A stretch of 64,000 bases of DNA from Camelus dromedarius (Eukaryota), in assembly GCF_036321535.1 (NCBI RefSeq), contig NC_087447.1, positions 45,944,001 through 46,008,000 of the forward strand, written 5' to 3'. Position 1 is the stretch's first letter; each line of letters starts with the position of its first letter. The position numbers and the translations under genes were made by a program. The notes beneath the pieces are model-generated. The model was not told the DNA's origin. It was given only the letters and a program-made list of their open reading frames with translations, and did not search any database. Shown here in pieces: positions 1 to 10,947 of this stretch.

Positions 1-1670
1 AGGTTAATGATTTTCAAGCCACATGCAGAAAATCAAGGAGGAGCTTGAGGATTTGTAGAACTTACAGAAAGAAGAAAGGTATTCAGTCATCCAAATTCAT
101 TTATTCTTTGTTTCATTCCTTCATTCAACGCATATAGAAAAGCTTGTATATGCATGATTTATGGTCTACTAAGTGATGAACAGAAAATATTCCTTTCTTT
201 CAGGGAGTTCAATTCTAGTAGGAGACAGAGAATTAAACATATGTGCAATGTTTAATTAAGTGTACTTACTTATAAGAAGGAAAAGCCCAGAATATGAAAA
301 ATGCATACTAACAAGGCAAACTATTATGGGCAATTGGAAAAGACTTACTTGGGAAGGATAGATAGGCTTTGATTAGGCAAAGAGGAACTTGAGAGCAGGT
401 GGAGAAAGGCATAAGGAACAGGGAAGAACACACGTGGAAGTCCCTTATCAATAAGTATCTTACTGAGATCCAGGAACTTAAACACTGCAAATTTGGCTGG
501 ATTGAAGAGACCAAAGGGGAAAGAAGTGTTATCAGTTGGTGCTAGAGAGGTAGACAGGGAATGAATTGTGCTATGCTTTGAAGGCTGATATAAGGATTTA
601 GGACTCTGTTCTGGATATAACAGAATCTCTTAAAGGAGCTTTTGCTTGTGATGAATAAATCATATTCCACACTTCCAAAGTTTATTCTGACTGCAGAATG
701 AAGAATTGTTGGAAAGGGGCATTTGTGAATGGAGGACGATCAGTTAGGGTGCCTGGAAGAAATGGGCTATTGCTGTTTATTGGCTATACAAAGGGAAGAA
801 AGGTGATAATAATTTCATAAGTTTTGAAATCAGATTTGAAATTGGTTAAGTGTTGGTTTGATGAAAGAAGAGCTTTTAAGAATAGTCCCAAGTTTCAGGG
901 GGTTAGGAGACTCTCAAAATAAAACTCCTATTGAGTGGGTACTCTGATAGCTTACGTATGGTTGTTTCTGAGTCAATAACCTTTAATATTTGTCCCTTGC
1001 TGCTTTAAAATGAGGTTATGGAAAATTATAAATTATCAAAATTTGTGAAGATTAAATATTAATTTGAAATGTTTTATCCACTAAGGTGTCTATTTACAAA
1101 TGTAGGTCATTATAAATACAGTGAGAAAGATACCTAGGCATGTGGAAGAATATACACATATATGTGTGTTGAGAATATACATATATATATATATACATAC
1201 ACACACATACACATGGATTTATGTGGATGTGAATTTGTGATGGAAATGACATTGTGTTTGGTGTGTGTGTGTGGTAATAGTATTGTGAATTCAGTGTTGT
1301 TTGATTATTTAAAATGCTCTATGCTATTAAGTCCTTGCATGTTGCTCCTTTCTGCCAAACCTCACCTGCTGTTAAAGGAGGAGATAATCAAATTTTCTAC
1401 TATCTAAGCACGAGGTATTTAGTCTTACTTCCAGTTTTCAGATAAACAAATTAAATTCAAGGGAAAGGACACCATCTAGTGTGATGATCTAAGAAGCAAA
1501 AAGAGTGTTGCAAAAACTTCTCAGACACTGATTTTAATGGAGTTCTCCCCTCTGCTATTCCACTTATATATTCATAAAACCATTTACCTATCTTATATGA
1601 AAACATATTTTCAGTTTAGGAGCTGTGAGCTAAGTGGGAGAGTCCAGCCTCACCCGATGGTGAGAGCACC

Positions 1671-2621
1671 ATGATGAACTCTAATGCATCACATGCCAAC
1701 CACCACAGTTTCGTTTTGACAGGTATTCCAGGGATGCCAGACAAAAACCCGTGGATGGCCTTCCCCCTAGGATTTCTCTACACCCTAACTCTCCTGGGAA
1801 ATGGTACCATCCTAGCTGTCATCAAGGTAGATCAGAGTCTCCACGAGCCTATGTACTACTTCCTCTCTATCTTGGCTCTGACTGATGTTAGTCTCTCCAT
1901 GTCCACCTTGCCCTCCATGCTCAGCGTCTTCTGGTTTAATGCCCCTGAGATTCCCTTTGATGCATGCATCACTCAGATGTTCTTCATCCATGGTTTTGGA
2001 GTGGTAGAATCAGGAGTCTTAGTGTCCATGGCCTTCGACAGATTTGTGGCCATCCGAGACCCATTGCGCTATGCTTCCATCCTCACTCATGGCGTCATCG
2101 GCAAGATTGGAGTAGCTGTTCTCACCCAAGCAGTTTGTGTAGTCTTCCCTGTGCCCTTCCTCATAAAGCGGCTACCCTTCTGCCGTTCCAATGTCTTGTC
2201 TCATTCATACTGTCTCCACCAAGATGCAATGCGGCTAGCCTGTGCCAGCACCCGCATCAACAGCCTCTATGGCCTCATCATTGTCATCTTCACGTTGGGG
2301 CTTGATGCCCTGGTCATTCTCTTCTCTTACGTGCTCATCCTGAAGATTGTGCTGGGCATTGCTTCCAGAGTGGAAAGGCTCAAAGCCCTCAACACCTGCC
2401 TCTCTCACATCTGTGCTGTGCTCCTCTTCTATGTTCCTCTCATTGGTGTCACCATGATCCACAGATTTGGGAAGCATCTGTCACCAGTAGTGCACACACT
2501 CATGGCCAATATCTATCTGTTACTGCCCCCTGTGCTAAACCCCATTGTCTATAGTGTGAAGACCAAACAGATACGGAGGCGGATCATCCATGTGTTCCAG
2601 AGAAGAAAGAACAGAGCCTAG
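1671..2621 (+). CDS. OR51H1: Olfactory receptor 51H1 orthologue, intact, 316 aa
   Basis: Intronless 7TM ORF with LHEPMYYFL, MAFDRFVAIRDPLRY, SHSYCLHQD, KALNTCLSH and PPVLNPIVYSVKTKQI. N-terminus (NASHANHHSFVLTGIPGMPDKNPW) closely matches recalled human OR51H1. Context accATG. Confidence 0.92.
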   Translation: MMNSNASHANHHSFVLTGIPGMPDKNPWMAFPLGFLYTLTLLGNGTILAVIKVDQSLHEPMYYFLSILALTDVSLSMSTLPSMLSVFWFNAPEIPFDACITQMFFIHGFGVVESGVLVSMAFDRFVAIRDPLRYASILTHGVIGKIGVAVLTQAVCVVFPVPFLIKRLPFCRSNVLSHSYCLHQDAMRLACASTRINSLYGLIIVIFTLGLDALVILFSYVLILKIVLGIASRVERLKALNTCLSHICAVLLFYVPLIGVTMIHRFGKHLSPVVHTLMANIYLLLPPVLNPIVYSVKTKQIRRRIIHVFQRRKNRA

Positions 2622-3699
2622 GGGAATGGACTCAAATGTAAGGTGCAAATGAAGTAGCATTTTCAGTAGTTACGATGCAGTCAAATTACACACATCTGGT
2701 AAGTTGTAAAGTGGACAAGGCTTGTGGGTGAAGATAAAACACAGGTCATTCTTGTTCTGTGTATACTCCATTTTAGAATGTATACATTTTGCTATATGGT
2801 GTCAAAACAAACTATAATTTAATTAACATAATTTTCTTCTTGGAAACTGGAGATGAGCATCAATGGTCACGTAAATTACCACCTTTTTATCCAGATACCA
2901 TTTATGAGTTTTTATTCATCTAATGCTAAATAATATTATTTCTTTAATTATCAATTAAATAATATTTACATCAGGAACAATTCAAGAAACTCAGTAGTAC
3001 TGCTGAAAGATGAGTCGCTGAGGCTTTTTTTTTTTTTCTTAAAATAGAGCAAAGAAAGCTGTTACATTATGAATAGTATTTATTGGTATGTTTCAATGTT
3101 TTTTGGGTAAAGAGTGCCTTTGATAAAATCGACACAAACAGATCTGCGGTTACTTAATATATACCTTTTCTTTTAAGCGTTATCACTTCTTTACACTTAA
3201 AATGTTTCTAGTTTCCTGCCACATACTTAGTAAAATAACAGGTGTCATGCCTTTACTCTTTTAACCTACCTAGCATGAGTGAAGTCTATTTTGCTTTATA
3301 CAAGAGGACCTAGCAAAACTTTACCAAGAAAAATTACTGCTGGGCCTTGTATGAAGACAAGTAGGAACTTTCAGCGGTGGGAAGATGTTTAAGAAAGCAG
3401 CGTACACAGGCGTGGGGATAAGTATGTCAAATGCAACATGTCTTTGCACTGATGCTCACACCTGCTTTAAGTATTTTGTTGATCATTACACAATCAAGTT
3501 GCTAGGGGTATTACTCATTCAGTAAATATACATTTAACACTAATGAAATGCCAGCCATGATGCTAGACCCTGAAGACACAGAAAAATGCACCAATTTTCT
3601 GCTCAATCCCGGGCATATTTCTCTGTAAGGGAATATGTACACAATTACAAGTCAAGTAGGTATTTAATTACAGTATTACATTTAATTTGCTCATATGAA

Positions 3700-3890
3700 T
3701 AGTGCTAGTTGTCTTCAGATAGTCTCTCAATTAATTCTCCCAACAATCTTTGAGAATAGGTGTTTTCACATTTTACGCATGAGGAAGTGAGATTGAGAGC
3801 AGTAAGCAACTTACTCAAAGTCATACAGTTTCTAAGTGGAAGAAATAGATTCAGATTTAGCTCTGTTGATTCTGAAGCCTGTGAATTGAG
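3700..3890 (-). mobile_element. MIR SINE (representative; further MIR-like pieces near 7.8, 9.2, 23.0, 34.7, 45.0, 51.3, 55.3 and 61.7 kb)
   Basis: Core cattttacgcatgaggaagtgagattgagagcagtaagcaacttactcaaagtcatacagtttctaagtgg. Confidence 0.75.
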
Positions 3891-5868
3891 CCTAGAGTCG
3901 TGGCTCAGAGTGTCCCAGGCTTGCAAGCAAATTCCAGAAAGAAGGAAGGAACCACAATGATTCTAAGACACGGAGGTATGAGACAGAAACTAGGAGTCAA
4001 TATTGCAGAAACCGTAAGGAAGAAGTTCATCTTGCCAAGATGAAACCAGATGGAGAGGCAGATTTAGACTTAAATTGCAAGACTGATAATGGAGTTTTCA
4101 TTTTCAATGTTATAAAATTACTTGAAAATTGGTGGCTTGTGCAATACAGATATCAGCCGAGTCCTCTCTCTATATAGATATAGATATAGATATCTAAATG
4201 GAAAATGTGAATCCCAGACAGGACACATTATCATCAATTCGCCTACAAGGAAAAAATAGTAGAGCTTTTATTTATATTTAAGTTCATCTTATCCTTCCAA
4301 AATGTTATTTTTCCTAATGTGTTAGCATAGATGTAGTATATTAGTACAGTGGTCCCTGTATACAATTTTTGAATGAATTAATATATTAAGGAGCATCCAC
4401 TTTTTTTCTTATACAGTTGCGTAACCCAAAACTTGAAAACTACCACTCTGGACTAAAGATAAAAGCCAGCCCTCCATGGATTATATTTACAATGTTCAAA
4501 TACTGTGGTAACAGAGACAATTAACAGAAAGTACCCATTAAATGACATCTTCTTTGATTCTGCAATGGGGCCACGTAGTGGCAAGATGAAAAGCCTAACT
4601 TCTTTCCCAGCAATACCCACATACTCCACGTTCTCACTGTGCACTCCCTTCCCCAGTTCCTGCAGTCTCAGTGTGTCTCCACCGCAACATGAAAGTGGTG
4701 TTTTCAATGGGTCAGATCTCTTTCTAAATAAGAAGTCAGTATTTCTCCCCAGCCCTCCTTCAACTTGATGTATTTGGATAAATTACACATATTTAAAGTC
4801 TCCTGCTTTTAATCTCTTTGCTGATTTCAGGGCACCCAACCACATCTCCTCCTTCCACCTTCTCCTGTTTCCTCACCTGCCTTCCTTCACTTCTTCCTCT
4901 CACGCATGATGTGGATATTTCTCCAAGTTCTCCCCTTGTCATTCGGTTGCCTCAGTAAATTTCTTTCTCCAAGTTGCCATTCATTCCAATGGCTTTAAAA
5001 TGGAGTCCATGTGGATCTCTGTCTCTCTTTCCCTCTGTCTCCTTCTCCCTTTCTCTCTCAAGATCGAATTCTTAATTTTTAACTGCCTTTGCAAAATCTC
5101 TAAATGGAGGTTTTGATATAGGACAAAATCCCACACAATCTTTGCTTTAATTCTTTTAAGATGTACTTGGACATATTGTCTCCTGTGCTTACCATTTTCT
5201 TCCTTGTAAGGAAAGTACCCCCCATCCCATCTCACCCTCATAAATCTGATACAAACATGTATCTTACATTTGCAAGGGGGCTAAAATAGAGTGGTCTTGC
5301 TTTTCGCTACAGTATTCACTTTCCCTTTCTTTAAAGGTATGAACAGTCTCCATTTATATAACATTCAAAAACGTACTGGCACCCATCCAGAAACTAAGTC
5401 TTTGATTCTGTCTTTGACTGGCCTCTGTCATCCACGTCCCTGGTAATCACTCTGGTTTGTCCCTGGGGATGCTTGCTCTTGGAACTGAGCCACCGTGCAT
5501 CTCTTGGTAGCAAAATATCGCCCATGGGGGTTGTGTTATTATGTTAATCAGTCCTATTGTTAGATTTGTTGTTACTATCCAAGAAGAGGACAAATTATGC
5601 AAATGTATTGTCATTTTCATATATAGGTCCCCCCTCAGTTTCTAAAATTGCAATTGTTAAGAAAAGACAATAAATATTGTATCTAGTTTCAGATTTTAAG
5701 CTATGTTTTCTTCTAAGCTGCTCATTCTCGAAATGAATTAAACTGCTATCCAGACCCTAGATTTAGTAATAGAGTTCATACTCTCTCAAGGTTAATTTCA
5801 ATCTAAGCAAAAAATAGCTCTGACACTAATGATGGCAAGTATGTGTATATTAACATCACCTAGTTTTT

Positions 5869-5990
5869 CCTAATTTTTTTTTTTAGTGGAGATACTGGGG
5901 ATTGAACCCAGGACCTCATGCATGCTAAGCATGCGCACTACCTCTATGAATATTCATTATCCATACCCTTTTTTTCACTAATTTTTTTTT
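5869..5990 (-). mobile_element. tRNA-derived SINE, camelid Vic-1-like
   Basis: Minus strand reads gtagtgcgcatgcttagcatgcatgaggtcctgggttcaatccccagtatctccactaaaaa (B-box GGTTCAATCC, A tail). 13-bp TSD tcacctagttttt at 5856-5868 and 5991-6003. Confidence 0.85.
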
Positions 5991-6766
5991 TCACCTAGTT
6001 TTTAGAAAAAGTTTTCCTTCTTCCCTCAGCCCAGCAGCCCTGGTATGGAATGAGCCAAGAACAGGTGTTCTTATATGCCACTATATGGACTTTTTAATGT
6101 GTGTATATACCTGTGTATATGAATAGAGTATGGGTGGGGTTATGTGGGTCTAGGAATATCTACCTCTATGAGGTTTCAAGAGTGTTTAAAAATACATTGG
6201 TTTTTATACCAGTTGTATAAGCGAATGTGTCAGCATTCTGGTGGTAAAGTATGTATGCACACGTGTTTAGATGTGTGAATTCACATGTGTGAATCCATCC
6301 CACTGCTGTGAGGTGTGATGTGTGTGTTTCTGTGGGGGTACACATCTATTTGGATGGATTTATATGGAAGCACATGCATGATTGAAAGTGGTTACACATT
6401 CTTGTTCATATCTCCATGTGTGCATTTTTCAAATGATATGTGATACTTATCTATGAAAATATAGATAAGAAAATATATACAAATGGGATGACATTGCATC
6501 CCAAAGCCTGTTGCAATCCACCTAATACAGGATTGCCTGTATTTCTTTCTACTTTTAAATTGTGATTACTCAAGAGCTATTTTCTAAAGCAATGCCTCTT
6601 TTCATTAGGACAGTGGACACTGCTGTTCAAAAAGTACAGAGTGTTTGCCACCAGGGTGACTACATAGAGCTTAAGCACAAATTCAAATAGAAAGAACTAG
6701 GAGATAAGCCTAGAAGTGTGCCTATCTGTACACAAAGTCCCACCTTTGTTTCTTCATCTTCAACAC

Positions 6767-7260
6767 TGTATTAGTTTCCTGCCACTGCTATAACAAATTA
6801 CCACAAATTTAGTGGCTTAAAACAACATGAATTATTATCTTACCATTCTACAAGTCAGAAGTCTACAATGGGTTTCTCTAGGCTTAAATCAAGATTGTCA
6901 ACAGGGCAGTGTTTCTGGAGGCTCCAGGGGAGAATTCATTTTCTTATTTTTCCAACTTCTAGAAGCTGGTCTTATTTTTGCTTTGTGACCCCTTGCAATG
7001 CTGACAACAGCAAGTCAAGTCATTCTTCCAGCACATCACTCTGACATTGATCTTCCGCCTCCCCATTCTAGGGCTAAGGGACCCTTGTGATTACTCCAGC
7101 CCCACCCATGTAATCCAGGATGATCACTTTATCTTAAAGTCATTTTTATAGCAACTTAAATTCTGTAATCTTAATTCTCCTTTGCCACATATCATATTTT
7201 CACAGTTTCCAGGGATCAGGTCATGGAAATTTGTGGAAGTCCATTATTTTGTCTACCACA
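6767..7260 (-). mobile_element. MaLR solo LTR (MLT1, probably MLT1D-like)
   Basis: Typical ends tgtattagtttcct...aaattaccacaaatttagtggcttaaaacaaca and ccattattttgtctaccaca. Confidence 0.85.
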
Positions 7261-7343
7261 GTCTCTGATTTTGCGAGTGGGATATGTGCATGGGGGAGCT
7301 GACGTAGAAGCCAAATGAAAGACTTCCGATAAAATTGGAGCTA

Positions 7344-7356
7344 TTGTTTTGTTTTG

Positions 7357-7387
<31 letters not shown>

Positions 7388-7388
7388 T
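7344..7388. repeat. (GTTTT)n microsatellite
   Basis: Seen directly. Confidence 0.95.
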
Positions 7389-9550
7389 GACATGGCAAAG
7401 AGCAAAACTCAGGTTATTGAACAGGGTAAAAAGAAGTAATAGTCTATCTACATTCCTGAAGCTAATATAGAGAAAGAACTTGAAATTATATCTGGCCCTA
7501 TGAATTTAGCCTTGGGGCTCTGATTAGAGGATAATCAAGGCACTAAAAGGATTAAATTCACATATCAATGAACTCAAAAACATGCTGACCTTGGACCATC
7601 CTCATCTGGGAAGGCAGATGGTACATCCCACTTTCCAGGCACCTAGAAAACATCCCTGCTGTTTACATGCTTGTCTCCATCATTACACTACCCTTTTTTC
7701 TGTACTTAAGTATTTTTTTTTAATTGAGAATAATAATAACAACAGTAATAATACCAATTTATTGAATGCTTGTCATTTCCAGGTCCTGGACCAAGCCTTA
7801 ATAACTCTTTAATATTCATTACCCTATAAAATAAGCACTTGTCCCATCCAGATTTTGTAGGTTGGAACAACTAGCATGGAATAAATTTGGTGTCTTATCT
7901 GTATTACACAGTCGTAAGTGGCAAAGGCAGGATAAACCCAAGCCCTTGCTCTCAATATATTTACTCACAGAGTTAATTCTGGGTGTAATGAGGCAGTATT
8001 TAAAATATGAGTTACGGAGTTATTGTTTAGTGGATGGCAACACACCCAGGACTACTGCTGCTGGTGCTGCAGCTTTCATCATCCTTATCTTCAAAGGAGA
8101 AACGTGAAGGAGACGGAAAGGGGATATAGGGAAGCCACAAACTCCCTCATCTGTACCCTTGCGTCTGAGGTCAGCCTTTATGTACTTATGGCACACAGAC
8201 AACAGCTATGCAGGGCATTCCGTCTGTCTCTAAAATGGACAGTATGATCTAGAGATTGGGGGCATCAGTTGAATTTCAGGCACTGCATTGGGTGAAAACA
8301 CCCAAGACCTGAAAGTCCTCAAAGAGTTTTGTTCATCCCCTGAGGATATTGGTCACTTTGCACTGTTTCTAGGACCTTTCCCCTCATGCTGGAAAGAGCA
8401 GGTTGAGACCTAGCCTCTTAACAGCAACTGCTGGCAATTCCTGCTCCAGACCCAGGGCTGTAATAGTGTTGACAAGCTCTTAACAACTTCCTCCAGGAGT
8501 GGTAGAGCTCCACTCTCCCCACAAAACCCAGAAGGTTTAAATGATATTTAGCACTCATATTATTTTATTAATTGTCTGCAATGTGCTCTTGTTTCTTATA
8601 GAGTTAAGAAAAAAATACTTTGGGGTGTGTGTGCGTGTGAACCTATCTAAAATTAACTCAGAAAGACCTGGTGAACATGAAAGGAGTATTAAAATGGAAA
8701 TACTCTTTTCTTGTAAGCACAGTCTTACTAAATGAGTCTCAGCTAAGCTAGTGTCTACCCTAACAAACTTCTAAAATAGCTACCAATTTGAGTAGTAGAT
8801 ACTGTCACCACAAAAGATGCAAAGAATTTTTTATGTTATATTTTCACAATCAAGTGGTAAATATTTTAGAAAAGGTGATTTGGATCATGTAAAGGAATAT
8901 AGACAGCTCACTGCATACATGTGCCTTTGTTCTCCTACGTCATATGCTTTGTTGTCAAATAAAACTCATAGTGATTTTTTAACCTGCTACTCTGAGTGTC
9001 ATCCCGATCTGCCTCACCCATTTTCCCTATCTCCCACAATATGGATAGTGTCCAGGATTCCCCCAGGAAGTCTGCCCAGCTGAGCCTTAGCCAGCAAATG
9101 AACTGCTCTGAGACTTGATATCTTCATCTGGAAATCCCTCACAGGGAGACTGTAGTTATTCAATAAGACAACACGTAAAAGGCTCTGGTACTGTGTCCTT
9201 TACTTAGTGGACAATCTGAAATACATGTTTTCTTATTCTTATGCATTCAATATTTTTGGCTCTCTATAATCACACAGCATTCTGTAGTTCGCAAGTAATT
9301 GTCCTTATATGATTAAATTTATTTTCATAACAATACTGAACGTTAAGTGATAATATTTCCATTTTAAAAATAAAGAAATTGCCACTAGGAGAGGGGAAGA
9401 GAGTACCCAGTGTCACTCATGGAACAGCTAAAAGTCACCCTCAATCTGTTGATCCCGAGTTATGCAATATGGTTGGCCCCTGCTCAGTTATATGCATTTA
9501 TATTCTTAATCCTAAAATTTGAACATCTTTCTAATTCATATTTTATTTAA

Positions 9551-9673
9551 TAATGCATTATCCCCAGGTGTTCTCTTATTATTTAATGAGTATAGTTCAT
9601 TTTCTCCTATTAAGCTAATGGAGGCCATTCCTAACTCTTGAGTTAGAATGTTAAATTAAATAAATTTAATGAG
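9551..9673. promoter_or_regulatory. Homeodomain + O/E motif cluster (candidate OR enhancer)
   Basis: TAATGCATTA abutting TCCCCAGGTG, TTTAATGAG twice, CTAATGG, and the inverted repeat CTAACTC-TT-GAGTTAG. Confidence 0.35.
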
Positions 9674-9990
9674 TTTTCATTTAAAAGGCATAAAACTTGT
9701 GGCCTATTTATGTTCAAAAGAGTTATTAAAAAGTGGAATTATTAATATTCCCTGCTGTTATATGCCACAGGACAGTCCATTGAACAGTTCCTATAGATGC
9801 CACTCTTTCTAAACTGGGCAAAAGATGAATTGGTACAGGAAAAGGAAAGTATGTTCTGAGAGCAGGGAACTCTCTCTTTGCCCAATTCAAATCACACAGA
9901 ACATGGGAAAAAGTAGAAACCTTTATTTTTTGTCATAGCCATAGTTGAGCCTTTACAGAATAGATTCTCCCTCTCTCCAACTGGCAGACC

Positions 9991-10947
9991 CTAACCCCTT
10001 GCAGTGATCTTGGTTTGAACAAATATCTGGATGATCTTCCTCCGTATCTCTTTGGTCTTCACCGTATAGACTATGGGGTTTAGAACAGGGGGTACAAGGA
10101 GGTAGGCATTAGCCATGAGGACATGAGTCAGTGGTGAAAGGTGCCTTCCAAAACGATGAATGACAGACACCCCAATGAGTGGCACATAGAAGATGAGCAC
10201 AGCACAGGTGTGTGAAACACAGGTGTTGAGCGCCTTCAGCCGGCCCTCCCCTGAGGCAATTGCCATTACTGTTCTGAGTATGAACACGTAGGAGAGGAGG
10301 ATGGAGAGGGAGTCCAAACCCTTGGTGAAGATGACAGCAATGAGGCCATAGAGACTGTTGACATGGGTGCTGGCACAGGCAAGGCGCATGACATCTTGGT
10401 GGAGGCAGAAGGAGTGAGAAAGGAGGGTGGAGCCGTAGAAGGGGAGCCGCTTGATGAGGAAAGGCACAGGGAAGACCACGCAGACTGCCCTTGTCAAGAT
10501 GACGGCCCCTGTTCTGCAGACCACACCATTGGTTAGGATGGCACTATACCTGAGGGGCTTCCAGATTGCCACAACCCGATCAAAGGCCATGGCCACCAGC
10601 ACACCAGACTCAATGGCTGAGAAGGTATGGATGAAGTACATCTGAATGAGGCAGGCATCAAAATCAATGGACTTGTAGTTAAACCAAAATATGCCTAGCA
10701 TAGAGGGCATAGTACACAAGGCAAGTCCCATGTCTGCCAATGCCAGCATACACAGAAAGTAGTACATGGGCACATGCAGGGACAAGTCAGACTTGATGGT
10801 AGAGATGATGACACCATTGCCAAAGAGGGCAATGACATATAGAGCACCCAGTGGGAATGCCATCCAGTGATGCTTTTGTTCGAGCCCTGGAATTCCAGCT
10901 AAGACAAGGTAAAGGTGTTGGAAGTGGGAGTGGTTATGATCTGCCAT
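9991..10947 (-). CDS. Olfactory receptor, OR51H subfamily paralogue, intact, 318 aa from MADHNHS (possibly the mouse Or51h5 orthologue)
   Basis: Motifs LHVPMYYFL, MAFDRVVAIWKPLRY, KALNTCVSH and PPVLNPIVYTVKTKEI. Shares AVCVVFPVPFLIKRLPF and MRLACAST with OR51H1. ATG at 10947 gives normal OR length with an N-x-S sequon; the frame stays open up to an ATG at 11058. Confidence 0.9.
   Translation of the reverse strand: MADHNHSHFQHLYLVLAGIPGLEQKHHWMAFPLGALYVIALFGNGVIISTIKSDLSLHVPMYYFLCMLALADMGLALCTMPSMLGIFWFNYKSIDFDACLIQMYFIHTFSAIESGVLVAMAFDRVVAIWKPLRYSAILTNGVVCRTGAVILTRAVCVVFPVPFLIKRLPFYGSTLLSHSFCLHQDVMRLACASTHVNSLYGLIAVIFTKGLDSLSILLSYVFILRTVMAIASGEGRLKALNTCVSHTCAVLIFYVPLIGVSVIHRFGRHLSPLTHVLMANAYLLVPPVLNPIVYTVKTKEIRRKIIQIFVQTKITARG

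Noticed and set aside
5885..5945. tRNA-like B-box sequence
   Set aside because: Has an A tail and TSDs and lacks a full cloverleaf, so it is a SINE rather than a tRNA gene.
6060..6480. Purine-pyrimidine alternating tract (also 53600-53900)
   Set aside because: Looks like decayed TG/CA microsatellite; no further structure.
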